A DNA stretch of 64,000 bases from an uncultured Candidatus Saccharibacteria bacterium (GCA_964426845.1 CAYRSA010000003.1:70751-134750), one strand, 5' to 3'; shown: positions 1-10,578, numbered from the stretch's first letter. Notes: a model not told the origin generated them from the sequence alone. Made by a program: numbers and translations.

Positions 1-1
1 T

Positions 2-661
2 GACTCACCTAAAGATAAAACCAAGCAAGAAATTTTGCTTACCAGCGTAACCAACGAATTTATTGAGAAACAACTCGATATGTTGGAGTCAATTGGCCTC
101 AATGTTATTGCCTTCGAGCCGGATAACCTGGCCCTAGTGCGTGCCATGATAGCTCCAGAGTCGACCACGCCTCAAGTAGTGCTGGATATCGGCTATAAGA
201 CTACCGACTTAGTCATCACCATGAACGGAGCTCCACGCCTGACCCGTTCCATTCCAACCGGAACAGAGGCGATCTTACGGGCGGCAACCCAGAACCTGGC
301 TATCGACCAAAAACAGGCCGAGCAATTCGTCTTCAAATTTGGACTTAACGAGGCCAAGTTGGAAGGTCAAATTCATAAAGCCATCATCGGTACCATAGAC
401 ATTATCGTCAATGAGATTGAGAAGTCTCTGAAATTCTTCCGGACTCGCTATGTCGGCGTGACCCTGGACCGCATTGTCGTGACCGGCAGTGCCGCTACTT
501 TGCCAGAATTCCCGCTGTATATTGCTAACAAAACCGGCCTAAAAGTAGAGATCGGCAATGCTTGGCGCAATATTACCTATTCTAAGGATAAACAAAACGA
601 ACTACTAGGAGCCAGCAGTAGCTTTGGTGTGGCCGCAGGTTTGGCGGAGAGGGTAGAATAA
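2..661 (+). CDS. pilM: Type IV pilus assembly protein PilM (5' end outside window)
   Basis: The frame is open from nt 2, so the gene starts upstream of the window and the Met at 35 is internal. It shows the actin/FtsA-like C-terminal half (DIGYKTTDL, VVTGSAATLPEF). pilN/O-like genes and pilB, pilT, pilC, pilD follow directly. Confidence 0.75.
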   Translation, partial: DSPKDKTKQEILLTSVTNEFIEKQLDMLESIGLNVIAFEPDNLALVRAMIAPESTTPQVVLDIGYKTTDLVITMNGAPRLTRSIPTGTEAILRAATQNLAIDQKQAEQFVFKFGLNEAKLEGQIHKAIIGTIDIIVNEIEKSLKFFRTRYVGVTLDRIVVTGSAATLPEFPLYIANKTGLKVEIGNAWRNITYSKDKQNELLGASSSFGVAAGLAERVE

Positions 662-1353
662 TGGTTCAGTTCAACCTATTACCATCAGTTAAACAGGAAT
701 ATATCAAAGCCGTACGCACCAAGCGCTTGGTAACCACAGTGTCGATCATTGCCTCGCTAGCGGCTCTAGCCGTCATGGTTTTGTTGTACGTGAACGTGAA
801 CTTTGTTCAGAAACGTCACATTGCCAATCTAACTACCGACATCGACCAGAAGGTAACCGAGCTAGAGGCGATTGAGGATATTGATAAGGTCTTGACCGTT
901 CAAAACCAACTAGGGGCCTTAACGGCGTTGCATGAGCAAAAGCCGGCTACCGAACGGGTTCTGCCTCTACTCAGCAAAGTCACGCCGCAGTCAGCTAGCA
1001 TTGCCCAGACGACGGTTAGCTTTACCGACAGCACCATGAGCATTAATGGTACGGCCGACTCATTAGTTACTGTTAATAAGTTTGTTGATACCTTGAAGTT
1101 CACCAAATACAAAGTTGCCCAGGAAGGTGATGAGTTACCAGCTTTTTCGGCCGTAGTGTTGAGTTCATTTAGTGTCACCAACAACGAGGCTACTTACCAA
1201 ATCGACTTCAAGTTTGATCCAAAAATCTTTGACAACACGCAACAGATAGAATTTATCATTCCCAGTATTATTTCCACTCGCTCACAAACCGAAAAACCAT
1301 CTGACTTATTTAAGCCCAAACCGACGCCACCTAACCCAACAGAGGGGCAATAA
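661..1353 (+). CDS. PilN-like pilus alignment protein
   Basis: 230 aa with a single N-terminal TM helix (VTTVSIIASLAALAVMVLLYV). TAATG overlap with the pilM stop. The call rests on position and size; the sequence itself is weakly diagnostic. Confidence 0.55.
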   Translation: MVQFNLLPSVKQEYIKAVRTKRLVTTVSIIASLAALAVMVLLYVNVNFVQKRHIANLTTDIDQKVTELEAIEDIDKVLTVQNQLGALTALHEQKPATERVLPLLSKVTPQSASIAQTTVSFTDSTMSINGTADSLVTVNKFVDTLKFTKYKVAQEGDELPAFSAVVLSSFSVTNNEATYQIDFKFDPKIFDNTQQIEFIIPSIISTRSQTEKPSDLFKPKPTPPNPTEGQ

Positions 1354-1364
1354 AGGACAAGATT

Positions 1365-2033
1365 ATGGCAAAAACTCGACAATCCCAAAAACGTAGTCAG
1401 CTCGACAAAGCCAATGCGCGCATGGTAATTACCGTGGCAGTAGCGGCTTTCGTGGTAGTCTTCTCGCTAGTAGCGTCTCGAGCCTTGTGGGTGCGCATGT
1501 CTCATCAGGCCGAAGTCATCAACCAGAAAGAGATAGCCCGTGACCAACTGGAAACCAACTTAGAAACTATTGATGAATTGCAGACGTCTTACAACACCTT
1601 TGTCGAGACTAATCAAAACGTCATCGGTGGCAATCCAGCCGGTTCGGGCGATAAAGATGGCAACAACGCTAAGATTGTCCTGGACGCCCTGCCTAGCAAA
1701 TACGATTTCCCAGGCTTAGCCACTAGTCTAGAAAAGGTCATCAAGGCTAACGGCAGTAACATCAACAGCATTAGTGGTATTGATGATGAAGTCGCTCAAT
1801 CGGGCGATCAGCAATCAAGTGGACCGATCGAGGTGCCCTTCGAGATGTCAGCGGCTGGCAACTACCAGTCTACTCAGGACCTGCTCACCTTATTGCAACG
1901 CTCGATTCGCCCAATCCAAGTCCAGACCTTAGAAGTCTCGGGCAGCAACAGCGAATTAGTATTAAACCTGACCGCTTTGACTTACTATCAGCCCGAGCGC
2001 GCGCTTAGAGTCCAAACAAAGGTGGTCGAGTAA
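1365..2033 (+). CDS. PilO-like pilus alignment protein
   Basis: 222 aa with an N-terminal TM helix, a coiled-coil-like segment and a C-terminal domain. It occupies the third position of a pilMNO-type block. Confidence 0.45.
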   Translation: MAKTRQSQKRSQLDKANARMVITVAVAAFVVVFSLVASRALWVRMSHQAEVINQKEIARDQLETNLETIDELQTSYNTFVETNQNVIGGNPAGSGDKDGNNAKIVLDALPSKYDFPGLATSLEKVIKANGSNINSISGIDDEVAQSGDQQSSGPIEVPFEMSAAGNYQSTQDLLTLLQRSIRPIQVQTLEVSGSNSELVLNLTALTYYQPERALRVQTKVVE

Positions 2034-2281
2034 TGAAACAAAAAGATATAGCTATCATTATCGTTGTAGTCTTCGTTAGCGGCTTGCTGTCTTACTTCAT
2101 TTCTAATGCTTTGTTTGCTTCGCCCGATAATTTGACGACTGAAGTGGAAGTGGTTGAGCCAATCACTGCCGATTTCCCAGAGCCCGATACTCGATACTTC
2201 AACACGAACTCAATTAACCCCACCCAAACCATTACAATCGGCGATGGGCAAAATCAACAGCCATTCCAGACAGATAATTAG
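2033..2281 (+). CDS. Small membrane-anchored protein of the pilus operon (function unknown)
   Basis: 82 aa with an N-terminal TM helix (IAIIIVVVFVSGLLSYFISNALF). Start overlaps the previous stop (TAATG). Confidence 0.4.
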   Translation: MKQKDIAIIIVVVFVSGLLSYFISNALFASPDNLTTEVEVVEPITADFPEPDTRYFNTNSINPTQTITIGDGQNQQPFQTDN

Positions 2282-2293
2282 GGGGCACCAGGC

Positions 2294-4090
2294 GTGAGTG
2301 TCTTATCCGAAGAGGTCCAAAATAAGGTAGAAGCAGCTTTAGTTGACCGCAAGTTATTGAAACCAGACGACGCCAAACGGCTACGCCAAAAATCTAAGGA
2401 CCAGAGTACGCCCTTCTTGCAACTGCTGGTGTCAGAAGGTGGTATTTCAAACGAGGTTTTGACTAAAACCATCGCTAATGTTACCAACGTGCCTTATGTA
2501 AATCTCAGCAATGCCAAAGTTGACTCAGATATACTGGCGCTTTTGCCCCAAGAAACCGCCGAACTATATATGGCCGTACCCTTAGGGGAGATGCAGCATC
2601 GCCTGGTGGTGGCTATGCTGGATGCTGATAACATTCAGGCTGTAGATTTCTTGTCAAACAAAATTGGGCGGCCCCTTAAAGTTTATGCCGCCTCAGAAGA
2701 GGGAATCCGCCGAGTTCTTAGTCAATACAACGCTAAAATCGATCAGTCTGTGGCTCAGGCTTTTACAGAAGGTGAAGTTGATGAAATTACTCCCACAGCA
2801 AAAGAAGCCGATAATTTGCAGGCCCAGAACAAGATCGAGACCGTGGTCGCCGACTCGCCAATTAGTAAAGCTCTATCAGCCATCTTGGAATACGCCGCCA
2901 ACAACCGAGCCAGTGATGTGCACATCGAACCTATGGAAAAAGAACTTAAAATCCGGGCACGTATCGACGGGGTTCTACGAGAAATCATGCGTTTGCCAAA
3001 GAGTACCGAGGCTCCGCTGGTGTCGCGAATAAAGATTTTGTCCAACCTGAAAATTGACGAGCATCGCATTCCACAAGACGGCCAATTTACCGTTCGGGTA
3101 GCTCGCCGGGACATTGATTTACGAATCGCTATAGCGCCGGTGGTATGGGGCGAGCAGGTGGTTATTCGTCTACTGGATAAATCTGGCACCAGTCTAAAAC
3201 TGGAGGAGATGGGCTATACAGGCCGGGCATTAAAGAGCATCCGAGCGGCTCTAAAGTTCTCTAACGGCATGGTGCTGACCTCGGGTCCAACTGGCTCAGG
3301 AAAATCGACTTCCATGTACGCCTTGCTACAAGAAGTGAAGAGTGATGAAGTCAACATTGTCACCCTGGAAGATCCGGTCGAGTACAAGATGCCCGGCATT
3401 AATCAAATCCAGGTTAACAATGATGTTGGACTGACTTTTGCCAGTGGCCTGCGGTCTGTCCTGCGCCAAGACCCCAATATTGTCATGGTTGGTGAGATTC
3501 GTGATAAAGAAACTGCTCAGCTGGGCGTTCAGGCGGCCCTAACCGGACACCTCGTGTTCTCGACTTTGCACACCAATTCAGCCGCCGGTATCTTGCCACG
3601 TTTGCTTGATATGGGTATTGAACCTTTCTTGATTGCCAGTACTGTGCGGGCCGTAATCGGCCAGCGTTTGGTTCGCCGAATCGGTGAAGACAAGGAAGAG
3701 TACAAGTCCGATGCGGCCGAAACCGCTGCCATTCAAGCCACTATTGGCCATCTACTACCAGAGAAAGACGAAGATGTGGCCAAAGTGGCGGCCGAACTTG
3801 GCTATAAAAGCTTGCCTCTAAAGGGGCAAAGCGCTTATACTTTATTCAAGGGCAAGGATAGCCCCGATGCGCCCGGTGGGTACAAGGGACGAATGGGCTT
3901 GTATGAAGTCTTCAGTATAAGTGATGACATACAAAATCTGATTCTTAAAAGAGCCACCAGCGCCGAGATACAAAAAGCGGCTGTTGCCAAAGGCATGGTC
4001 ACAATGCGCCAAGATGGCTATCTAAAAGCCTTAGCTGGACAGACCACTTTGGCTGAAGTAAACCGGGTGGCCGGCACAGAAAGCGCATAA
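2294..4090 (+). CDS. pilB: Type IV pilus extension ATPase PilB (GspE family)
   Basis: 598 aa, GTG start. Walker A is SGPTGSGKSTS and the His box is TGHLVFSTLHTNSA. An N-terminal GspE-N-like domain is present. Confidence 0.9.
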   Translation: MSVLSEEVQNKVEAALVDRKLLKPDDAKRLRQKSKDQSTPFLQLLVSEGGISNEVLTKTIANVTNVPYVNLSNAKVDSDILALLPQETAELYMAVPLGEMQHRLVVAMLDADNIQAVDFLSNKIGRPLKVYAASEEGIRRVLSQYNAKIDQSVAQAFTEGEVDEITPTAKEADNLQAQNKIETVVADSPISKALSAILEYAANNRASDVHIEPMEKELKIRARIDGVLREIMRLPKSTEAPLVSRIKILSNLKIDEHRIPQDGQFTVRVARRDIDLRIAIAPVVWGEQVVIRLLDKSGTSLKLEEMGYTGRALKSIRAALKFSNGMVLTSGPTGSGKSTSMYALLQEVKSDEVNIVTLEDPVEYKMPGINQIQVNNDVGLTFASGLRSVLRQDPNIVMVGEIRDKETAQLGVQAALTGHLVFSTLHTNSAAGILPRLLDMGIEPFLIASTVRAVIGQRLVRRIGEDKEEYKSDAAETAAIQATIGHLLPEKDEDVAKVAAELGYKSLPLKGQSAYTLFKGKDSPDAPGGYKGRMGLYEVFSISDDIQNLILKRATSAEIQKAAVAKGMVTMRQDGYLKALAGQTTLAEVNRVAGTESA

Positions 4091-4112
4091 AGGGGAAAGA
4101 ACAGAGGAAAAT

Positions 4113-5198
4113 ATGGCAGACGCACCAGCACCAACCCAGGGCATTCGTATAGAACCCCTGCTGGATGAAGTTATCAAGAAAAAAGGTTCGGACTTACACC
4201 TTCAAGTAGGCCTACCACCGATTATTCGTGTCGACGGAAAGCTAGGCCCAGTTTCCGGTGCCGATGCTTTGACCGAAGAGAGCATCGAATCACTGATTTT
4301 TGCAATATTAGACGATGATCAAAAGCAGATTTTGCTTAAAGATAAAGAATTCGACTTTAGCTTTGCTTACGGCGACCTGGGAAGATTTCGGGTAAACGCC
4401 TTTCATGAGAGAGGTAACCTGGCAGCGGCCCTGCGTTTGATCCCTAACGAAGTATTAAGCGTCGAACAACTGGGACTGCCACAAATTGTTAATAAGTTCG
4501 CCGATTATCCGCGTGGTTTGGTGTTAGTGACTGGACCGACTGGCTCTGGTAAGTCAACAACTCTAGCCGCTCTTGTCGATCGTATCAACAACGAGCGGGC
4601 CGACCATATCGTGACTATCGAAGACCCGATCGAATTTACCCATAAATCCAAGAAATCAGTAGTCGTCCAACGTGAAGTCCACTACGATACCTACTCATTC
4701 TCGGCAGCTCTGCGTAGTTCACTACGTCAAGACCCGGACGTGGTGTTGATTGGTGAAATGCGCGATTTGGAAACTATCGCTGCGGCTATTACTATCGCCG
4801 AAACTGGACACTTGGTGTTTGCTACGCTGCATACCAACTCGGCGGCACAGTCGATTGATCGTATGATTGATGTTTTTCCACCACATCAACAGCCACAGAT
4901 TCGTTCACAATTGGCTAATATTCTGATGGCTATTTGTTCACAGCGCTTGGTACCGGCCATTGGCGGTGGACGCCAGGCCGCGGCTGAAATTTTGATTGCC
5001 ACCCCGGCCGTACGCAACATTATCCGCGAGGGCAAAAGCCACCAGTTGGAAGCTGTTATCCAAACCGGTGCCGAATTCGGTATGCAGTCTATGGATAAGA
5101 CTTTGGTCGGTATGGTTCAAAAGGGTTCTATCACTTACGACGAAGCCCGAACCTTTGCTGTTGATATTGATGAGCTAGATCGAATGATGAGGAGCTAA
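4113..5198 (+). CDS. pilT: Twitching-motility retraction ATPase PilT
   Basis: 361 aa. Walker A is TGPTGSGKSTT; TGHLVFATLHTNSA is present. Length and motifs are typical of PilT. Confidence 0.9.
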   Translation: MADAPAPTQGIRIEPLLDEVIKKKGSDLHLQVGLPPIIRVDGKLGPVSGADALTEESIESLIFAILDDDQKQILLKDKEFDFSFAYGDLGRFRVNAFHERGNLAAALRLIPNEVLSVEQLGLPQIVNKFADYPRGLVLVTGPTGSGKSTTLAALVDRINNERADHIVTIEDPIEFTHKSKKSVVVQREVHYDTYSFSAALRSSLRQDPDVVLIGEMRDLETIAAAITIAETGHLVFATLHTNSAAQSIDRMIDVFPPHQQPQIRSQLANILMAICSQRLVPAIGGGRQAAAEILIATPAVRNIIREGKSHQLEAVIQTGAEFGMQSMDKTLVGMVQKGSITYDEARTFAVDIDELDRMMRS

Positions 5199-5200
5199 GC

Positions 5201-6421
5201 GTGCTCGCCTTTAAATACACCGCTCGTGACCCAGTAACCGGCAAGAAGGTGACTGCTGAAGTGTCGGCTGAAAATGAGCAGGCGGCCACTAAGCTTATTA
5301 AAGCCCAGGGCTTATCACCAATTGAGCTGAGTGTAAAATCTGGTGACCAAGGTGTCGTCGGGCGCTTTAGGCACCGCATCAAGGCTAAAGATAAAGTTCT
5401 TTTCGCTCGGCAGTTGTCAACTTTGATTAATGCTGGCTTACCGCTAGTCCAGAGCCTCAGGAATGTCTCGGCTCAAACCCAGAACAAATATTTGCAGGTT
5501 GTTATTAACGACGTAATAACTAGCGTTGAATCGGGTATGGCTTTCTCGGCCGCCTTGGCTAAGCACCCGCAAGTCTTCGACGAGGTGTTTGTTAACTTGG
5601 TAGCCGCTGGGGAAGCCTCGGGAACGCTTGATAAAACCCTCGAGCGTATTGCCAATCAGAAGGAAAAAGACGCTGAAATTCTTAGTAAAGTCCGAGGCGC
5701 CATGGTCTATCCAATAATCGTTTTGGTGGTCATGTTGGGCGTGGTAACTTTCATGATTGTACAGGTGCTTCCGGCAGTCGAAGAGGTCTACACCGGTATC
5801 CCTGGGGCAACTCTGCCACTAGTAACTAGGATATTGCTGGCCATTGCACACTTCACCATCAAGTTTTGGTGGTTAGAACTGATTATTATCGCTCTGCTAA
5901 TAGTTGGTACTAGTCGCTGGGCTAGAACTCTTGGGGGCAAACGGGTGATTGATAAGATGAAAATGCGTGCATGGCCAATTGGTCGGCTGTTCATGAAGGT
6001 CTACATGGCTCGTTTTACCCGCGTCGGCGCCACATTGGTAGCCAGTGGCGTTCCATTGATTCAAATGCTGGATATTACCGGTCGCTCTATTAACAATATC
6101 CATATCAAAGAGTCAATTGATAGAGCTGCCGAGAAAGTTAAGGGCGGCAAGGCCTTGTCGGACTCTTTGAAGGGGGACCCCAACTTCCTAGAACTGGTTC
6201 CCGACATGTTGCACATCGGCGAGCAGTCTGGCTCGGTCGAGCAAATGCTATCTAAAACCGCTGATTACTACGAACGAGAAGTCGATAACGAGATTCGAGC
6301 TATCTCGACAACTATCGAACCTGTCTTGATGATTCTTATGGGTGCCATGGCTATATTCATAGTTGTGGCCATATTACTGCCGGTTTACAGCCTGGTTGGT
6401 AGTGATATCCTAAGCGTATGA
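5201..6421 (+). CDS. pilC: Type IV pilus platform protein PilC (GspF family)
   Basis: 406 aa, GTG start. Two GspF-type repeats and polytopic TM segments. Confidence 0.9.
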   Translation: MLAFKYTARDPVTGKKVTAEVSAENEQAATKLIKAQGLSPIELSVKSGDQGVVGRFRHRIKAKDKVLFARQLSTLINAGLPLVQSLRNVSAQTQNKYLQVVINDVITSVESGMAFSAALAKHPQVFDEVFVNLVAAGEASGTLDKTLERIANQKEKDAEILSKVRGAMVYPIIVLVVMLGVVTFMIVQVLPAVEEVYTGIPGATLPLVTRILLAIAHFTIKFWWLELIIIALLIVGTSRWARTLGGKRVIDKMKMRAWPIGRLFMKVYMARFTRVGATLVASGVPLIQMLDITGRSINNIHIKESIDRAAEKVKGGKALSDSLKGDPNFLELVPDMLHIGEQSGSVEQMLSKTADYYEREVDNEIRAISTTIEPVLMILMGAMAIFIVVAILLPVYSLVGSDILSV

Positions 6422-7233
6422 TTTTTGTTGTCCTTGGTGTGCTGGGACTGTGTATGGGCAGTTTTGTTAACGCTTTGGTTTGGCGCCTACACCACCAAGA
6501 GACTTCAAAAAGACAATCAAAAAAATTTTCAATCGCTCATGGTCGTTCAATGTGCCCACATTGCCAACATGAGCTAGCAGTCAAAGATTTAATACCAGTG
6601 TTGAGCTGGTTATGGCTAGGTGGGAAGTGTCGTTACTGTCGTCGGCCAATCGGCTGGCAGTATCCACTGGTTGAATTATCAACCCTAGGCTTGTATCTCA
6701 TCAGTTATGTTTACTGGCCATACGGCTTTGACGCCTTCGGCATAGCCCTGTTGGTTATATGGTTAATCTTGTTGATTGGCCTGGTAGCCTTGTTGGTCTA
6801 TGATTTGCGCTGGATGATTTTGCCCAATCGCCTGGTCTACCCGCTGTATAGCCTGGCACTTGCCCAAATTGTGGTACTCATAGTCCAAGCCGGTTCGCTT
6901 AAGCCCTTGCTTGGCGCTGCAGGCGGCATTTTGGTAACCAGCGGGGTGTTTTACGCCCTGTTTCAGATATCCAAAGGCCAGTGGATTGGTGGTGGTGACG
7001 TCAAGCTGGCAGTCATCCTAGGGGTTTTTGCGGGAGGTTTTATAGAGGGAGTTATACTAATCTTTATGGCTTCACTGCTAGGGACGATTGTCTCGTTGCC
7101 GCTATTTATTATGGGCAAGGGCCGAGGTAAGCAAATACCATTTGGGCCATTTTTGATAATTGCTACCATTATTGTCTACCTATTTGGAGCCAGTATTATA
7201 GCCGAATATAAACAGCGGTTTCTTCTCATATAA
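6418..7233 (+). CDS. pilD: Prepilin peptidase PilD (A24 family)
   Basis: 271 aa. Cys pairs CPHC...CRYC, a polytopic membrane topology and the second catalytic Asp motif GGGDVKL. 4-nt overlap with pilC. Confidence 0.88.
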   Translation: MIFVVLGVLGLCMGSFVNALVWRLHHQETSKRQSKKFSIAHGRSMCPHCQHELAVKDLIPVLSWLWLGGKCRYCRRPIGWQYPLVELSTLGLYLISYVYWPYGFDAFGIALLVIWLILLIGLVALLVYDLRWMILPNRLVYPLYSLALAQIVVLIVQAGSLKPLLGAAGGILVTSGVFYALFQISKGQWIGGGDVKLAVILGVFAGGFIEGVILIFMASLLGTIVSLPLFIMGKGRGKQIPFGPFLIIATIIVYLFGASIIAEYKQRFLLI

Positions 7234-7246
7234 AAGACAAAGCTTA

Positions 7247-7255
7247 TGCTATACT
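7247..7255 (+). promoter_or_regulatory. Extended -10 box TGcTATACT, 7 nt before ATG 7263 (leaderless-type start)
   Basis: tgctatact at 7247-7255. The same 9-mer recurs upstream of other genes in the window. Confidence 0.45.
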
Positions 7256-7262
7256 TATAGCT

Positions 7263-8111
7263 ATGAAAGAGGGCAGGTCCGGCAGGCTTACTGGCGGGTT
7301 CACGATTTTAGAGGTGATGATTTTTTTAATCATCACTGGCGTGTTGCTCGTCGCCGCCATGTCTCTATTGAGCGGTCAGCATAATAGAACGGCCTTTAGG
7401 CAATCAATCCGCGAGAACGAATCACAGTTTAAGACTACTATCAACGAGGTGGCCAGTGGTTTTTATCCCAACAACGGCAATTTTAGTTGCACAGTCAGCC
7501 CGGGCGGCATACCGACTTTTACCAGCGCTACAGCAACCGAACAAGGCCAAAACGAAGACTGTCTTTTCCTGGGCAAAGTAGTCAGGGTTAATCCTGGAGG
7601 CACGAGTTATAGTATTTATACCATCGCCGGACGCCGACTAGTCAGTGGTACAGAGGTGACGCAACTACAAGACGCTAATCCCAGGCCAGTGGCCCGGTTT
7701 AGTGGTGATCCGGTAAATACACCGGATGTAACTCAGACGGTAAATCTGCCATCCGACATCCAGATAACTAAGGTAGTCAGCATAAGTACGGCCGGCGTGC
7801 AAACAACAATTGACGCTTTTGGGTTTATGATGTCGGTCGGCAAGACCTCTGGTGGTGACTTGGTTTCCGGGGCTCAGGCTATCAGTCTGGTGCCACTGCC
7901 TAATCCAGCTCCTAACGATAATGACTTCAAAACCGGTATAAGCGGGATGCAGCAAGTTCACGTTGGCAGTGCTAAAACGATCGTCTTATGCGTAAGACAA
8001 GGTGGGACCGGCGGTGCCCAAGGAGCAATTGTATTTGGGTCGCAAGGCCGACAACTTAGTACGGAAGTAATAATAGGAGCTCCGCCCAGCGGATATACGT
8101 GCCCAGCATGA
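7263..8111 (+). CDS. Prepilin-like protein (minor pilin candidate), copy 1
   Basis: Class III signal RLTGG/FTILEVMIFLIITGVLLVAAMSLL with Gly-1, Phe+1 and Glu+5. 282 aa. Confidence 0.7.
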   Translation: MKEGRSGRLTGGFTILEVMIFLIITGVLLVAAMSLLSGQHNRTAFRQSIRENESQFKTTINEVASGFYPNNGNFSCTVSPGGIPTFTSATATEQGQNEDCLFLGKVVRVNPGGTSYSIYTIAGRRLVSGTEVTQLQDANPRPVARFSGDPVNTPDVTQTVNLPSDIQITKVVSISTAGVQTTIDAFGFMMSVGKTSGGDLVSGAQAISLVPLPNPAPNDNDFKTGISGMQQVHVGSAKTIVLCVRQGGTGGAQGAIVFGSQGRQLSTEVIIGAPPSGYTCPA

Positions 8112-8611
8112 AACAACTAGATAGAAACCACCACATCAACAATCAACGAGGCGATACCATCGTCGAAGTTCTAATATGCCTGATGATTATCGGGCTGGCT
8201 ATAGGCATTGGCTACGGCATCGCCTCGCGTAGTCTAAAAGCCGCTCGCCAAGCTCAAGAGCGCACCGAGGCAGTTAAAATCGCTGAAGGCCAAGTCGAGA
8301 GGATTAAAGGTGTGTTGGCTGGAGTTAACACGGCTGAAAAGGATAAGATTACAGACCAGTCCACCAACGTTTTTTGTATGAATAGCTCTGGCGCAGTCGT
8401 CACCTTTCCTGGTGCCTACGGCACCACCATCAAGAATTTAGACAGCGACGATCTTACCAACTATCCAGCTGACTGTACTCAAGGGCTTTACAAGGTAATT
8501 ATTGACCAGGACACGGCAACCCCTAACCAGTTTGCTGTTGTGGTGCGCTGGGAAAGCCTTGGTGCCGGCAAACGTGAGGAAGTAAAAATTAAGTACAAGG
8601 TTTATCAATAG
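8099..8611 (+). CDS. Prepilin-like protein (minor pilin candidate), copy 1
   Basis: N-terminus NQRG/DTIVEVLICLMIIGLAIGIGYG with Glu+5. 170 aa. Overlaps the previous gene by 13 nt. Confidence 0.65.
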   Translation: MPSMKQLDRNHHINNQRGDTIVEVLICLMIIGLAIGIGYGIASRSLKAARQAQERTEAVKIAEGQVERIKGVLAGVNTAEKDKITDQSTNVFCMNSSGAVVTFPGAYGTTIKNLDSDDLTNYPADCTQGLYKVIIDQDTATPNQFAVVVRWESLGAGKREEVKIKYKVYQ

Positions 8612-9241
8612 ATGAAAAAGAACCAGGCCGGTTTTACTCTAGTTGAGCTACTAATCGCTACGTCCATCTTTGCCGTAATATTATTAGCGGCTACAGCCAC
8701 CTTGATTCAGGTTGGACGCATGTACTACAAGGGTGTGATTGCTTCCAGGACCCAGGATACAGCTCGAACTCTTACCGATGACATCAGCCGAAGTTTACAA
8801 TTTAGCGGCGGTACCGTACCAACTCTAAACCTGGGTGGCAGCCCTCCCGTATCAGCAATTTGCTTTGCTGACACCCGGCTTACCTTTGTCGTGAATGTCC
8901 AGGCCCCGGAAAATATTGCCCATGCCTTGTGGCAGGATACTATCGCTGGACCGGGCAGCTGTGCGGCTAGCCCAATCAGCCTGACGGCGCCGAATCCAGG
9001 CGGGCTTGACGGCAAGGATTTGCTCGACCCGCATATGCGTCTGACTAAGCTGTCGGTGACTCCGTCGGCAGGTAGCCCAGACGTTTACGACGTAGAAGTA
9101 GGCGTGGCCTACGGTGACACCGACCTTTTCAACCTTGATGGTATGGGCAAGCCAGTTTCTTGTAAGGGCTCGGTTCTTGGCGGTCAATGGTGCGCGATAT
9201 CGGAAATTAAAACGCAAGTGTTTAGAAGGGTAGAGGATTAA
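8612..9241 (+). CDS. Prepilin-like protein (PilW-type minor pilin candidate), copy 1
   Basis: Canonical N-methylation motif KKNQAG/FTLVELLIATSIFAVILLAA. 209 aa. Confidence 0.7.
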   Translation: MKKNQAGFTLVELLIATSIFAVILLAATATLIQVGRMYYKGVIASRTQDTARTLTDDISRSLQFSGGTVPTLNLGGSPPVSAICFADTRLTFVVNVQAPENIAHALWQDTIAGPGSCAASPISLTAPNPGGLDGKDLLDPHMRLTKLSVTPSAGSPDVYDVEVGVAYGDTDLFNLDGMGKPVSCKGSVLGGQWCAISEIKTQVFRRVED

Positions 9242-9242
9242 T

Positions 9243-10484
9243 ATGAGCAAGCAATCAACCAATAAACTCAGGGCTAATCAAAGCGGTCTAGTGTCAATCC
9301 TGGTCTCTATGGTATTCATTATCATACTGACCTTGATAACCACTAGCTTTGCTTTGCTTATGCGACGTGAACAACGCCAAGCTCTGGACCGTCAACTCAG
9401 CGCCCAAGCCTTCTATGCCGCCGAGAGCGGAATCAATGATGCCATCGAGAACATTAGTGCTGGCACGGCCGTAAGTCAGGACTGCAGCAACACGACTTCT
9501 GTAATAGGCGGATCAACCGACCTTGGTGACGGTTTATCAATCAGTTGTGTGCTGATTGATAAGACCCCGAGCTCACTTGAGTATTCTGTCCCTAAAAACG
9601 AATCTAGAGTCGTACCAGTCTTGACGTCAGAACCTATAAGTAAGATTAGAATTAGCTGGCAGGCGGAAAGCGGTCAAACGGCCTTTGCCGCCACTAGTTC
9701 TACTTTCAATTTTCCCCAGGGAGCATATGGCTCTAATGTCAACGTTGGCGATGTTGGAGTACTTCGGGTTTCGGCCATGCCAATTACTAGCGATGTCAGT
9801 CGGTCCACTCTAACCAATAACACTCAGACAATGTTTTTATACCCGCAAACCGGAAGCGGCTCACCAAACACGCGTAACTATAATGCTAGCCCCGCTGCGC
9901 AGGGAGACATCATCAACGGTAAGTGTAATTCTGCCAATACCCCATACTGCTCGGCGGAGATCACCAACCTGCCGGGTACAAACAACTACTACCTTCGAGT
10001 TAAGTCAATCTACAAAGATAGCAATGTATCTATCAAGGCTTACAATGCTGGTGGGACGGAGCTGCCATTACTGGGGACCCAGGCCAAAATTGACTCTACC
10101 GGCAAAGCCAACGATGTTTTACGCCGTATACAGGTTAGGGTACCGATTAACAACCAGTTTATGTATCCAGAATTTGCGGTGGAAACCGCTGACGACATCT
10201 GTAAGTTGCTGCTAGCCATTCCTCCCGATACCGTCCAGGACGGCGAATGCTATACCGATTCCGATACCCCACCACCACCGCCACCACCAGCAGCCGTAGA
10301 CGTCTGCTCAAACATTGCCGGAATTCAGACAACTGTGCCCGCAGGCTATGTCTCTAACGGTAGTGGTGAATGTACGGTACCACCACCGCCACCACCAGTT
10401 TTACCCCCTTGTGAACCCGCACCTGCTTGGTGGTTGCCAGCCTATGGTACGTGGCCGCAATATCCAAGTCCTTGCACTCCATGA
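9243..10484 (+). CDS. PilX/GspK-like minor pilin candidate with poly-Pro C-terminus, copy 1
   Basis: Pilin-like hydrophobic N-terminus NQSG/LVSILVSMVFIIILTL without Glu+5, followed by AQAFYAAESG. The C-terminal PPPPPPP tracts flank a Cys-bracketed 23-aa loop. Confidence 0.55.
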   Translation: MSKQSTNKLRANQSGLVSILVSMVFIIILTLITTSFALLMRREQRQALDRQLSAQAFYAAESGINDAIENISAGTAVSQDCSNTTSVIGGSTDLGDGLSISCVLIDKTPSSLEYSVPKNESRVVPVLTSEPISKIRISWQAESGQTAFAATSSTFNFPQGAYGSNVNVGDVGVLRVSAMPITSDVSRSTLTNNTQTMFLYPQTGSGSPNTRNYNASPAAQGDIINGKCNSANTPYCSAEITNLPGTNNYYLRVKSIYKDSNVSIKAYNAGGTELPLLGTQAKIDSTGKANDVLRRIQVRVPINNQFMYPEFAVETADDICKLLLAIPPDTVQDGECYTDSDTPPPPPPPAAVDVCSNIAGIQTTVPAGYVSNGSGECTVPPPPPPVLPPCEPAPAWWLPAYGTWPQYPSPCTP

Positions 10485-10578
10485 TAAGGCGGGTTAGGAG
10501 ATTGAAGAATATGACTGTAGAAGATGATAACATTAAGGTATAATCAAAGCATAAGAAGTTACGGGGCTAACAAGAAAA

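Noticed and set aside
2755-3189. Numerous antisense or out-of-frame ORFs inside well-supported genes, for example 2755-3189, 8852-9262 / 17051-17461, 11096-11530 / 19295-19729, 37955-38467, 40740-41204 and 59683-60090.
   Set aside because: They have no RBS or promoter and odd composition (Arg/Ser/Cys-rich). Each is fully shadowed by a gene with clear family motifs on the other strand or frame.
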